Shown here in pieces: positions 1-11,400 of a stretch of DNA of 64,000 bases. A program made the translations under genes and the position numbers. Source of the DNA: Malacoraja senta (lineage: Eukaryota); the NCBI GenBank assembly GCA_038087875.1, contig CM075991.1, forward strand, positions 2,356,001-2,420,000. The letters run 5' to 3'. The notes under the pieces are model-generated. The model made no database searches. It had not been told where the DNA came from and saw only the letters and a list, made by a program, of their open reading frames with translations. Positions within the stretch are counted from its first letter, which is position 1. Each line of letters begins with the position of its first letter.

Positions 1-459
1 ATGATGAGTTTTAAGAAATTCTCAATGTGTCGTCAATGCATCGATCTACATTCCTCAGTAAATGTAATTGTGTTTTGACCAAGTATTAATGACGTCGCTT
101 TTGAATAAAATTCACAGGGCGTCATTAATACTTGGTCAAAACACAATTACATTTACTGAGGGAATGTGGATCGATGCATTGATGACACATTGTATAACTA
201 CTTGTTAACTACTGGTTGTTAACAAGTGCTACAGTAGCAGTTAACAAATTGTTTTTGTCTGATGGCCGGTGCAATGGTTTTTATCCATGTTCGTTTAAAA
301 AACAATCCGTATTTAACAAGGCGAATTTAAAAAAAAAAATTGTATTTAGCAACGCAAATTCGTATTTCCGTACGAAATACGGAAAATTAGCGCGGGGCCC
401 CCCATTGGCGCGGGGCCCAATTGGGAGCAATCGGTCCAATCGGCTTAAGGCCAGTCCTG
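1..459. mobile_element. Right end of a non-autonomous DNA transposon (hAT-like terminus) with an internal long palindrome
   Basis: Ends in ...GGCTTAAGGCCAGTCCTG (reverse complement CAGGACTGGCC...), preceded by GC-rich subterminal GCGCGGGGCCC repeats, then switches abruptly to a Penelope fragment at 460. The other end is outside the window. Confidence 0.5.
25..191. repeat. Inverted repeat, ~72-bp arms with ~20-bp spacer
   Basis: AATGTGTCGTCAATGCATCGATC...TATTAATGACG (25-95) is the near-perfect reverse complement of CGTCATTAATA...GATGCATTGATGACACATT (120-191). Confidence 0.9.
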
Positions 460-710
460 AATGCCGGGGTTACTTGAAGTTAGAGAAATCAATATTCATA
501 CCACTGAGCTGTAAGCTGCCTAAGCAAAATATGAGATGCTGTTCCTCCAATTTGCGTTTAGCCTCACTCTGACAATAGAGAGACCTAGGACAGAAAGGTC
601 AGTGTGGGAATGGGAAGGAGAATTAAAGTGTTTAGCAACCGGGAGATCAGGTTGGTTCAGGCGGACTGAGCGACGGTGTTCAGTGAAGTGATCGCCGAGT
701 CTGCATTTAA
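460..710 (-). mobile_element. Penelope-like element fragment (GIY-YIG endonuclease C-terminus)
   Basis: Minus strand reads RKLEEQHLIFCLGSLQLSGMNIDFSNFK*; the same segment recurs at ~22790, 23610, 41600 and 47670. Confidence 0.8.
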
Positions 711-1765
711 ACTAACATATGATTTTGATCCAGTAATGATGGGGGACTGAATTTTAGTTAAGGCTGTGCATGACTTGGAGGGAAATTAGAGGTGATGATA
801 TTCTCAAAGCTGGCCAGATCATCTGAGAAACAAGTTAAGATGACACTGTCAGTTCCATTCAAAGCAAAGTTATATTGGAGAGATCGACACAAAATGCTGG
901 AATCTCAGCCCGTTCCGTTGAGTTATTCCAGCATTTTGTGTCTATCTTTGGTTTAAACCAGCATCTGCAGTTCCTTCCTACACAATGTAGAAACAGAGAA
1001 AAATAGGTGCAGGAGTAGGTCATTCGGCCCTTCGAGCCATTCAATATCTAGAATCAGTATCCCGTTCCTGCTTTCTCCCCATATCCCCTGATTCCGTTAG
1101 CCCTAAGAGCTATATCTAACTCTCTCTTGAAATATATATTGGAGAGATGATCTACAGTCATAGCTTCGCATTGGAGATCGACACAAAATGCTGGAGTAAC
1201 TCAGCGGGTCAGGCAGCATCTCTGTCCCGCTGAGTTACTCCAGCATTTTGTGTCGATCTCTCTGGTGTAAAGCAACATCTGCAATTCCTTCCTACACAAC
1301 GTTTCACATTTATTGACACTTCTGCACTAATACAAATGTGCACAATAGTGTGGCTACAGGTAGTGATCACTGCAGTGGAACTCCACAACACTGCTGATGT
1401 ACGCAAAACTTTGATAAAACGACAAGAAGGGTTTTATTACAATGACTCGACTAAGTGGGACCCGTTGGGTCCCAGCATCACACGGGAGGGCTGGTCACCC
1501 AACGCAATATTCCACCTCTCCACCAATTCCAATATTGCTCGCCAGTGGGGGGAGGGGGGGGGGCTTTCTGTTGCGCTAGTATGGGTGTTGTGGGCCGAAG
1601 GTACTGGTTTCCAGAGGGCTAGTATAGACATTGTGGGCCAAATGGATTCTTGGGCTTGCAGCTCAGTCACTGAGGCCTGGTAGTAGTCACTCGGGCCTGC
1701 CAAGCTGGCAGCTGAGAAACTGCCCAAAACAGGTGACAGACTGTGAGAGAGGAGGGGGAGATTAT

Positions 1766-1910
1766 TGGGCTGGCAGTTCAGTCACTTACGGCTGGTGGGC
1801 TGGCAGTTCACTTACTCACGGCTGGTGGGCTGGCAGTTCACTTACTCACGGCTCGTGGGCTGGCAGTGCAGTCACTCAGACCTGGTATGCTGGCAGTTCA
1901 GTCAGTCACC
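1766..1910. repeat. 30-bp minisatellite (~4.5 units) inside the Helitron
   Basis: GGGCTGGCAGTTCA(G/C)T(C/T)ACT(T/C)ACGGCTGGT repeated head to tail. Confidence 0.9.
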
Positions 1911-2319
1911 CCTGCTCCCTTCACCCCCCCCCCCCTCTACTCCTTGCCATACCCTTCCCCCCACACATTCAGTGCATCTCCCCACAACCTCCCCCCATGC
2001 ACTCTTAGTGGCTCTCCCACAGAGCAGCCATTTCTGCCCATTAGGTTCCCATTGTGATGAAGAACACACAGGCATCAAAAGTGCAAAAAGGATTTATTAA
2101 AGTTTAAATTGTGAATGATTCTTAAAATATTAGAACAATTTAAATGTTAAAGATGAGAATTATTCAGTTCTTTCTTGTTGTGTCTCTTGTTGTGTTCTGT
2201 TGCTCACTGCCTCTTGATGACTATTTCCTGTTGATAAAAAGAGACAATTTTAATATAGAGAGATTCAGCAGTCAAATTTTAAGAAAGAAAATCTGAGAAT
2301 TTATCTCAGAAGCCATTAT

Positions 2320-4006
2320 TCAACGAAGCACGCTTTTAATGACAACATTCTTGGTCGATGTTCCATCCTTCAGGAAAACCTTGACATTTCCCTTCATCTT
2401 TCCTTGGCTAAGAGCCACATATAGTTGTCCATGCTGAAATACCGGTTTGTTGAGGTAGATCAACACCTTCCGCATTGTTTGTCCTTGTGCTTTATGGATC
2501 GTCATAGCAAAACTTGATTGAATGGGGAATTGGGTCTGCTGAAGGGGAATGTCTTCACCTTCTGTCAAAATGAGTGCTATCCTAGGAATGAGAACAATGT
2601 AATCTTTGAAGGCTCCCATGTTGATTCTTGCAACGATCAGATTATTGTGTAGCTCTTCCACAATCATCCTCGTTCCATTGCATAGCTTTGGCAGTTCCAA
2701 GTTTCTCATTAATATGATTGGAGATCCTTTTTTCAACTCCAATTTGTGTGGTGGTAATCCAGAGAGCTCAAGTGAATCGAGGAATCCTGTTGGGAAGTGA
2801 GTATCATGAGTTCCCTCAGTGACAGCATTGAAAGAAAAGTACTCCTTAATGATTCCAGGAAAGCGTTTGATGCATGTAGAATTGATGCTTCTCATGGTAT
2901 AGTTGTGAGGAACCAAGATACAATTGTTGGAGAATAATTCTGCAGGATTGTCAAATGTGGGATAGATGAAATCAATACAATCCTTCAGTGTTTCTGCTGA
3001 TAGAAGCATGTCTTGTGGGATTTCAATTTCATCGTCTTCATTCTTTAAAATCTTGTCTTCTCCAACTTTCAACAAAAATTGAGAATAGTCGCCTTCTCCC
3101 TCTGTCAATCGCGTATTTGTGTGCAATTGAAACTTGGTGAAAAGTCTCCACAAGTACGATTTCTTGATGCAGGCATTTTCAACATCAGCATAATTTCCCC
3201 TTTTCACCACAGCAAGTAGTTGTCGACAATCGCCACAACAAACGATAAGAATGCCGCCAAAAGGCTTAGTGTTGCTGAAGACATCTTGAAGAGTTCTGAC
3301 CACCACTTCAAAGCTTTCTCGCCTAATCATTGGACATTGATCCCAAACAAGGACTTTCACTTGCATCATGAAATGTGCCGTCTTAGAGTTCTTCTCGATG
3401 TTGCAGAATGTATCCTCGGCCACTTGGATGGGTATCTTGAATCGAGAATGTGCAGTTCTTCCACCAGGCATTAATGTAGCTACTATCCCAGAGGATGCTA
3501 CTATGTTGACCTCTATAGTTGACCTACTATAGTTGACCTCTAACTATGGAGAGGATCAAATTGGTGATAAATGTTTTTCCTGTTCCTCCTGGTGCATCAA
3601 TGAAAAACATTGAATGGAGATTCCTTTTCAAGGAGTTGTACACCTGGTCATACACTGCTCTCTGCTCATCATTCAGCAGAGGCTCATTCTCCTCAACAAA
3701 CTGCTGTTGTTCATTTCTTTCGTATTGCAATTCCTGCAGCAATTCTGGATTGTCACCATCAAGGTGCATCCTTCCATTTCTTGGTTGTGGCAAATTAAAG
3801 AATTCCATTGTTTTGTTGTAATTCTCAAGCTTGTCTTGAATATACAACAGAGCCTGATCATGATGCTTTTCTTCAATCACGATATTAGGATCATTCATTG
3901 TTCTCCGTTCTCCTTCAAGGTAATCTTTAGACATTGAATTCTTGAAGTGATCCCATAATTGTCGAGGATCGTTGATCTCAGTATTCGTCAACAAAACAAC
4001 AAACAA
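2320..4006 (-). pseudogene. Helitron RepHel helicase domain (Pif1 family), disrupted
   Basis: ORFs 3527-4006 (FFIDAPGGTGKTF, Walker A) and 2320-3471 (GGRTAHSRF, FGG..GDCRQLL, LCNGTR, QFP..FAMTIHKAQGQT, HGQLYVALS). Break at ~3506-3541; non-canonical DQ (Walker B) and LSQ (motif VI); truncated upstream at a CA repeat (~4010). Confidence 0.92.
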
Positions 4007-4162
4007 ATCTCACACACACACACACAATCACACACACAATACTAAAATGTCAAGTAACTTCAGAACGTGGTGAATATACAGTGTGTAAAACAAATGTTTA
4101 AAGCCTCCTGTCGAAGCTCCTGCTGAAGTAAAAACGTGCTTTAAATAACATCCAAGAAACAC

Positions 4163-4323
4163 ACTCACCATAGACAGAGCAGTCAGCTCGCTTGAATTAT
4201 TCAACAGCGCCTGCACTCGGCGCCATCTTGAAGTCACCCTCTCGCTTCTTGCCACAAACCGGAAATGACACACTCAGCGCCAGCATGCCACTAACTGGAA
4301 ATGACATCATCGGCGCCATCTTG
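4163..4323 (-). promoter_or_regulatory. Putative Helitron promoter and first exon (two YY1-type sites, ETS-like site, ATG|GTGAGT donor)
   Basis: CAAGATGGCGCC on the minus strand at 4219-4230 and 4312-4323; CCGGAAAT at 4259-4266; ATG at 4171-4169 followed directly by GTGAGT. Confidence 0.45.
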
Positions 4324-4439
4324 CAACTAAGCGAAAATCACAGAATGAGCCCCAATTTTGAAATTAAACACAGTTCTGATCTAATAAAAATGTTTATTCA
4401 CGCATTATCCATCCGAAAACTGTTGCAAACAAGCCCTTT

Positions 4440-4702
4440 AAAAGTCAAGCCAATTGGGCAAAAACACTTAGCAAGCCAACAAAAGACATTTGTTTTGCTG
4501 AAAGCACTTTAAAAAGTAAATTAGGGCAAAAACACTTAGCAAGCCAACAAAAGACATTCGTTTTGCTGAAAGCACTTAAAAAAGCCAATTAGGGCAAAAA
4601 CACTTAGCAAGCCAACAAAAGACATTCGTTTTGCTGAAAGCACTTAAAAAAGCCAACTGGGCAAGAACACTTAGCAATCCCACAAAACACATTTGCTGAA
4701 AA
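4440..4702. repeat. ~65-68-bp tandem repeat (~4 units) inside the Helitron
   Basis: GGGCAAAAACACTTAGCAAGCCAACAAAAGACATT..TTTTGCTGAAAGCACTTAAAAAAG repeated. Confidence 0.9.
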
Positions 4703-5337
4703 CCACATCCTGGGGACTCACCGTGGAGTAGACGTGTGTTCAGTGTTATTCGCAGCTCAGAGAGCCGTGACCCTCTCACTTTCACATCTGTCAGAGACTG
4801 AGTGAGGCATGACACTTCCGGGTTTTATAGTCCCTCTCCATGCCGCCAGCGGTTGCAGCAGAGAGAATGGCGAATTTTTAAAAAACATTAATATCTCTCT
4901 GATTTTTCAACGATGGGAAAAATCCTCTGGTCCAGGCAGGCGGAGGGGGGCTCTGTGCGAGGTGGCCAAAAACGACGGCCGTAGGTGGCGGCGTTCTCTC
5001 GGATATCAAAGCAAAGCGAGCCAAAAGCGGTCAAGATCTTACTTTTTTTGTAATATAGATAGATGTAAGAGCAATAAACTGCAGATTTCGCATAAATATG
5101 ATCTTAGTTTACTGTGAGGGAAATCTTTGTTTTATGATAACTAATTTAGAATGTAAGATACTTACACCATGGAACAGTTTAAGAAAGAACTGCAGATGCT
5201 GGAAAAATGTAAGGTAGACAAAAATGCTGGAGAAACTCAGCAGGTGAGGCAGCATCTATGGAGCGAAGAAATAAGTGACCTATAGCCCAGTGACATTAGG
5301 TTAGACGAACTAAGTACCAATGTCTGACTATGGGACG

Positions 5338-5672
5338 ACAGATGGCGCAATGGGCTAAGTGTTCGGCTGGCAACCGGAAGGTAGCCGGTTCGAATCCCGC
5401 TTGGAGTGCATACTGTCGTTGTGTCCTTGGGCAAGACACTTCACCCACCTTTGCCTGCGTGTGAATGTGTGTGAGTGATTGGTGGTGGTCGGAGGGGCCG
5501 TAGGCGCAGATTAGCAGCCACGCTTCCGTCAGTCTGCCCCAGGGCAGCTGTGGCTACAGAAGTAGCTCACCACCACCGAGTGTGACTGAGGAGTGAATGA
5601 ATAATGCGATGTAAAGCGCCTTGAGTATTAGAAAGGCGCTATATAAATCCCATCCATTATTATTATTATTAT
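5338..5672 (+). mobile_element. tRNA-derived SINE with L2-type 3' tail (AFC-like)
   Basis: A box TGGCGCAATGG, B box GGTTCGAATCC, central TGTGTCCTTGGGCAAGACACTTCACCC, tail GTAAAGCGCCTTGAG..AGAAAGGCGCTATATAAAT plus (TTA)n. Flanked by duplicated TATGGGA; absent from the right TIR arm. Confidence 0.88.
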
Positions 5673-7149
5673 TATGGGAGTGTGCAGGGGGTCACCTGAA
5701 ATGAACGGAATTGGGAGTCTGCCGGGTACCACCCGCTGCGTGTAGACCTGGGGGGCCGCCCCAAGGGGCCAAAAAATAGGTACTGAATAGATGAATGAGG
5801 TACCACTTAAATCCACTATCATGGTGTGCTCACTGCCACGCCTATATCAACAACACAAACGGCAGACATTTTTCTGGCTGCAAAAGGCTCGCCAGACCCC
5901 CCCCACAAAGGGCCTAAACAATGGGCTAGCATATAGACATATATAAAAATGATGCCAAATGAACAAGTTGAGTTCATAGAGTACAAAATGGGTTATGCCA
6001 GACAAATAGTCCGCTGCACTAGAGGTACCAGACACCCCAAAAATGGACATCCTAGACCCTGCTGTCCAACTAGGCTAGCCTAGATATTGTGGGTACCAGC
6101 TAAAACCAAGTTTAAATGATCTATCACACCTTGGGGAATATAAAATGACCTATGACAGAACAATTATCCGCTGCCTTGGGTCTACCAGACCCCCTAAATG
6201 GGCCCTTGGGCCCATCTAGGCTAGCCTAGATATTAATGGTACCAGCTAAAACCAGGTTTAGACAATCAATCACAGCCTAGGAAATACAAAATCACCCATG
6301 CCAGAATGATACCCATTGCCTTGGTCCTACCAGACTCACCAAATAGTCCTTTAATTGCCCAACGGGGGGGGGGGGGGGGGAGGGGGTATGATCGGTACAA
6401 GGCAACAGATAATTGCTCTGGCATCGGTCATTTTGTATTCACCAAGGTGTGATTGATCATTTAAAGGAAACATTTTGCCCGATGGCAAACATGTGGTCCA
6501 AAATTGACATGCTGGTCCCAAGCTCATTTGTATATGGCCCAATGTATTTTTAAAGTTTATTATTAATATACTTGTGTAAGGAATGATTCATTAAAGAATA
6601 ACAGACTCAAATGTTAACCCTACCCCTAAGGAAATTTTATTTCGTTATGTTACATAGTTACATTAAACCTTTAAATTTGGAAGATATTAACTCCAAATTG
6701 TGTAACATATTCTGTACTTCAATATGTTTACCTGAGAATAATTCTGAAAAGAAAACTGGGTCTACCGTTACTCAGTTCTTAGGTATGTCCATTTTAAAAC
6801 ACACAGTCTGCACCAAAAGCAGTCTGAAGTTGTCATTAGCAAAATTGGCAAAAAGTGAACAGCTGGGACATTTTTTTGCAATGAGAAAAAAATTTGTTTG
6901 ATAACTGTTTCTAAGTTTTATATATGTTTTAATATAGATGATATGATCTTCACAACCATGTGGAAAATTTAATGGGTTGTGCATCGAGATGTTAAGAAAA
7001 ATCACAAATATACCCCAAAATGCTCATTTTTGCATTTATTTCAAGCTCATTGCATGCTATGATATCCCGGTAGCGTAATGGAATGGTAAACCATCATTAC
7101 AGTTTACTGGACCCTCCGTGTACATTGCCTTACTACTAGTACTAGCTAG

Positions 7150-7251
7150 TAGTAAGTCTGAAGAAATGTTTCGGCCCGAAACGTTGCCTATTTCATTCGC
7201 TCCATAGATGCTGCCGCACCCGCTGAGTTTCTCCAGCAATTTTGTCTACCT
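7150..7251 (+). mobile_element. Short Penelope-pLTR-derived element with degenerate hammerhead motif
   Basis: CTGAAGAAATGTTTCGGCCCGAAACGTT; 13-bp TSD TAGTACTAGCTAG at 7137-7149 and 7252-7264. Confidence 0.8.
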
Positions 7252-8436
7252 TAGTACTAGCTAGGTTTGGTAATTTGCCGATGATAATATTAGCCTGCAC
7301 TGTACTAACAAGCTTTTAACGGGAGAACAATGTGGACTAAAAATACTCTCCTTGAAAGGTTGTTCCTCCATTTGAATGTAGAAAAATTAAAAAACCGAGG
7401 TCATCGAAGTATTTTTTTTATTAGTTTGGTTCAGGGTGGTAAACCTAACAAACATAAACAACAAATCATCAGTTTATGAATCACTAAAAAATTAACATTA
7501 TTGTAGCAATTATCTTCCTGATCTGTGATATAAGGTAAGTAAATATTGCAAATGTTCCAAAATTCATAAGAGGATAAGAGGTGGTGGGTTTCTTAAATGT
7601 GTGAGCAGAGAGACAGAGGGGTGTCAAATGAGGGTAGAAGCAATAGGTAGCAAGGTGAAAAGTAAAAGTGGCAGGCAGCAAAATCCAGGGCAAAAATCAA
7701 AAAGGGCCACTTTTCAACATAATTGTATAAGGGGTAAGAGCGTTGTAAAAACAAGCCTGAAGGCTTTGTGTCTCAATGCAAGGAGCATTCGTAATAAGGT
7801 GGATGAGTTGAATGTGCAGATAGCTATTAATGATTATGATGTAGTTGGGATCACGGAGACATGGCTCCAGGGTGACCAAGGCTGGGAGCTGAACATCCAG
7901 GGATATTCAATATTCAGGAGGGATGGACAGAAAGGAAAAGGAGGTGGGGTAGCATTGCTGGTTCGAGAGGAGATTAACGCAATGGAAAGGAAGGACATTA
8001 GCTTGGAAGATGTGGAATCGATATGGGTAGAGCTGTGAAACACTAAGGGACAGAAAACACTAGTGGGTGTTGTGTACAGGCCACCTAACAGTAGTAGTGA
8101 AGTTGGGGATGGCATCAAACAGGAAATTAGAAATGTGTGCAACAAAGGTAAAACAGTTATAATGGGTGACTTCAATCTACATATAGATTGGTTGAATCAA
8201 ATTGGCAGGGGTGCTGAGGAAAAGGATATCTTTGAATGTATGCGGGATAGTTTTCTAAACCAACATGTAGAGGAACCAACAAGAGAGCAGGCTATTCTAG
8301 ACTGGGTATTGAGTAATGAGGAAGGGTTAGTTAGCTGTCTTGTTGTGCGTGGCCCCTTGGGCAAGAGTGACCATAATATGGTTGAGTTCTTCATTAGGAT
8401 GGAGAGTGACATTGTTAATTCAGAAACAAGGGTTCT

Positions 8437-11400
8437 TTTTTTTTTTAATTATTATTTTTATTAGAAGTACGGTAAATTACAATAATACACAGGACATATA
8501 TCTTAATACATTTTTTGTACCGCTTCATTTTTTTGAGCTTTAAGAAAGAGATAGAAGTAAGGAAAGTAAAGAAAGTGCGCAAGAGTCGTGAAGTGCAAGA
8601 GAGTGTTGGGAAAAGAAAGCCCCTTAGAAAAGAAGTTAGAGAAGGAAGTAAAGTAAGAAAGTAGACCCTAGAAAAGAAAGAAAAAGAAAGTAGGAACAAT
8701 CGCTCTATTATGACATTATACTCCGCAGAAAGGGGACTACCAACCAAGTCTGTTTTTGTTGTTTTACCTCCCATTACCAGGTCCTGATACCATTTATTTA
8801 TTTATTTATTTTTACAATTACTATTGCACCTCATGCTTGTAATAGGTCCAGAAACGTAGACCACGTCTTTTGGAATTTGTCTGCTTTACCTGCTAAGAGG
8901 AATCTCATCTCTTCCAGATGTAATGTTTCAAACATATTTGATGTCCACATTTTTATTGTTGGTGTGGGCGCATTTTTCCAGAATTTAAGTATGAGCTTTT
9001 TTCCCATTATTAGCCCGTAATTGAATAAATTCTTCTGATACACGTTTAATTCAGGGATACCTTCCGATATTCCAAAAATGATCCATTCTGGTTTTGGTAC
9101 CAGTTTTATTTTAATTAATTTTGAAAAAATATACAAATATTTCGTACCACAATTTTTGGATTTTTGTACAAAAAACAAAAGAATGCGCTATGGTAGCTTC
9201 TTGACACAGACATTTATCACAGATTGGTGAAACATTAGGAAAGATTTTATTTAATTTCATTTTTGAATAATATAGTCTATGTAATGTTTTGAATTGGATG
9301 AGCGTATGTCGTACGTTGATCGAACATTTATGCACCTGTAGTAAATGATTATCCCAGCTCTCTTTTGAAATTTTTATAGCTAATTCTTGTTCCCAGTCTC
9401 TTCTAATTCCATCTGTTGTGGGTATTTCTATGTTTAAAATGATATTATATAAGTACGATATTAGATTAGCTGATTCCGCCTTTGTCTTTATTGCTTCATC
9501 TAGTAAGTCGGAAGGCATATTATGATAGTCTTTTGTGTATTTTTTCAGATAATCACGAATTTGAAGATATTTAAAATATTGGTTATTTTCAAATTATATT
9601 TCAGTTGTAGTTGTTGAAATGATAGTAATTTTCCCAATTCATACAGATCTTCGAGCGTTTTGATTCCCATTCTTTCCCATTGTATAAATGATTTGTCTAT
9701 GATTGAAGGTTTAAACGATGGGTTATTGACTATTGGTATTGAGAGAGATAGGTTTCTTAATTTTAGATTCTGTTTTATTTGTTTCCATGTTCTAATTGTG
9801 CTATATATAATTGGATTTTTATTATAATTTTTATTATTCAAATTTATTGGAGAGAGGATAATCGCTCCTATATTACTCGGGGAGCAGTCCCCTTTTTCCA
9901 TTATAATCCAGTCCGCCTGCTGGGCAGAATTGTCGAGCAGGTGAATCATATTTTTAATATTTACTGCCCAATTATAATACATAAAGTTAGGGAGCGCTAG
10001 ACCCCCCAACTCTTTTCGTTTATCAAGGTGTGCACTTTGTATTCTATGGGATTTATAATCCCATATAAAATTTGTAATGTCTGAGTCCAATTTTTTGAAA
10101 AACTTTTTTGGGAGATATATAGGTATTGATTGAAATAGGTATAGGATTTGTGGTAAGAAAATCATTTTTATAGCATTTATTCTGCCTATTAAGGACATCG
10201 GAAGTGTTTTCCAGAATTTAATCAAATTATTTAATTTCTTAAGTAAGGGATTATAATTGGCTTTAAACATATCCTGGTAATTTCTAGTAATTTCAATTCC
10301 TAAATATTTGAATTTTTCTGTAGCTATTTTAAAGGGGAATTTCCTGAGGTGTGTTGAGTCTTTTGGTTTTATCGACATAATTTCACTTTTGTTCCAATTT
10401 ATTCTATATCCTGAGAAGGATCCAAAGTCCTCAATTAAATTTAATATATTTGGTATACTAATTTGTGGTTTTGTGATGTACAGTAGTACATCATCGGCAT
10501 ATAGGGATATTTTGTTATTTGAATATTTTGTATTATAACCGTAAATATCCAGGTGTGTTCTTATTTTTTCAGCAAGGGGTTCAATTACCAAAGCAAATAA
10601 CAGCGGTGATAATGAACATCCTTGTCTATTGCCCCTTGATAGTTCAAATTTCAGCGATAATATATTATTAGTTAGTATTCTAGCCGTAGGTTTGTTATAT
10701 AATAGTTTTATCCATGCAATGAAGTTCTCTCCCAATTGGAATTTTTGCAATACTTTAATCATATAATCCCATTCTACTTGATCAAACGCTTTTTCTGCGT
10801 CCAGTGAGATGATAGATAACTCTTCGTAATGAGATTTATGTGAGTGCATTATGTTAAGCAAACGTCTCAAATTATTGAATGAATGTCTCTTAGGTATAAA
10901 TCCTGTTTGATCCTCATTTATTAGTCTACTAACATACCTGCTTAGTCTACTGGCTAGTGTTTTCGCTATTATTTTTTGATCCGTATTTAACAAAGCAATA
11001 GCTCTATATGATCCTGGTTCTTCTATATTTTTAATCTTTTTTAAGTATTAATATGATCGTTGATTCTGCTGGTGTTTCAGGTAAGCTTTGCTCTTTAAAA
11101 GCATATGTATACATTTTCTGTAATCGTGGAGTAACTATGTCGTAAAAAGATTTATAAAATTCATTACTGAATCCGTCTTTTTCCATTCTTTAGTGTTTTT
11201 ATTGTGTCTTCTATCTCCTTAGAAGTAATTTGTGCTCCCAGTTCCTCTTGTTCCCTCAGTTCTAATTGTGGTAGGTTACAGTTATCTAGAAATTATTATT
11301 GTCTATTAACGTTTTAGATGTGTATAGATTCTGGTAAAATTGAGCAAATCTTTTATTGATATCCTTGGGTAATGTTAATAATTCCCCTCTGTCTGATTTA

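Larger units (their letters stand above)
1446..5063 (-). mobile_element. Helitron, internally deleted (Rep domain missing)
   Basis: Minus strand starts A|TCTATCTATATTAC and ends with hairpin TGGGACCCAACGGGTCCCA, then CTTAGTCGAG|T (CTAG in the sister copy at 25975). Inserted in an A|T site without TSD and encodes a Pif1-type helicase. Confidence 0.92.

Noticed and set aside
2320..3471. Host PIF1 helicase gene
   Set aside because: Intronless, flanked by Helitron termini, with Helitron-type motifs and substitutions in catalytic motifs.
1766..4702. Regularly spaced repeats as a possible CRISPR array
   Set aside because: Head-to-tail minisatellites with no unique spacers, no cas genes and a eukaryotic Helitron context.
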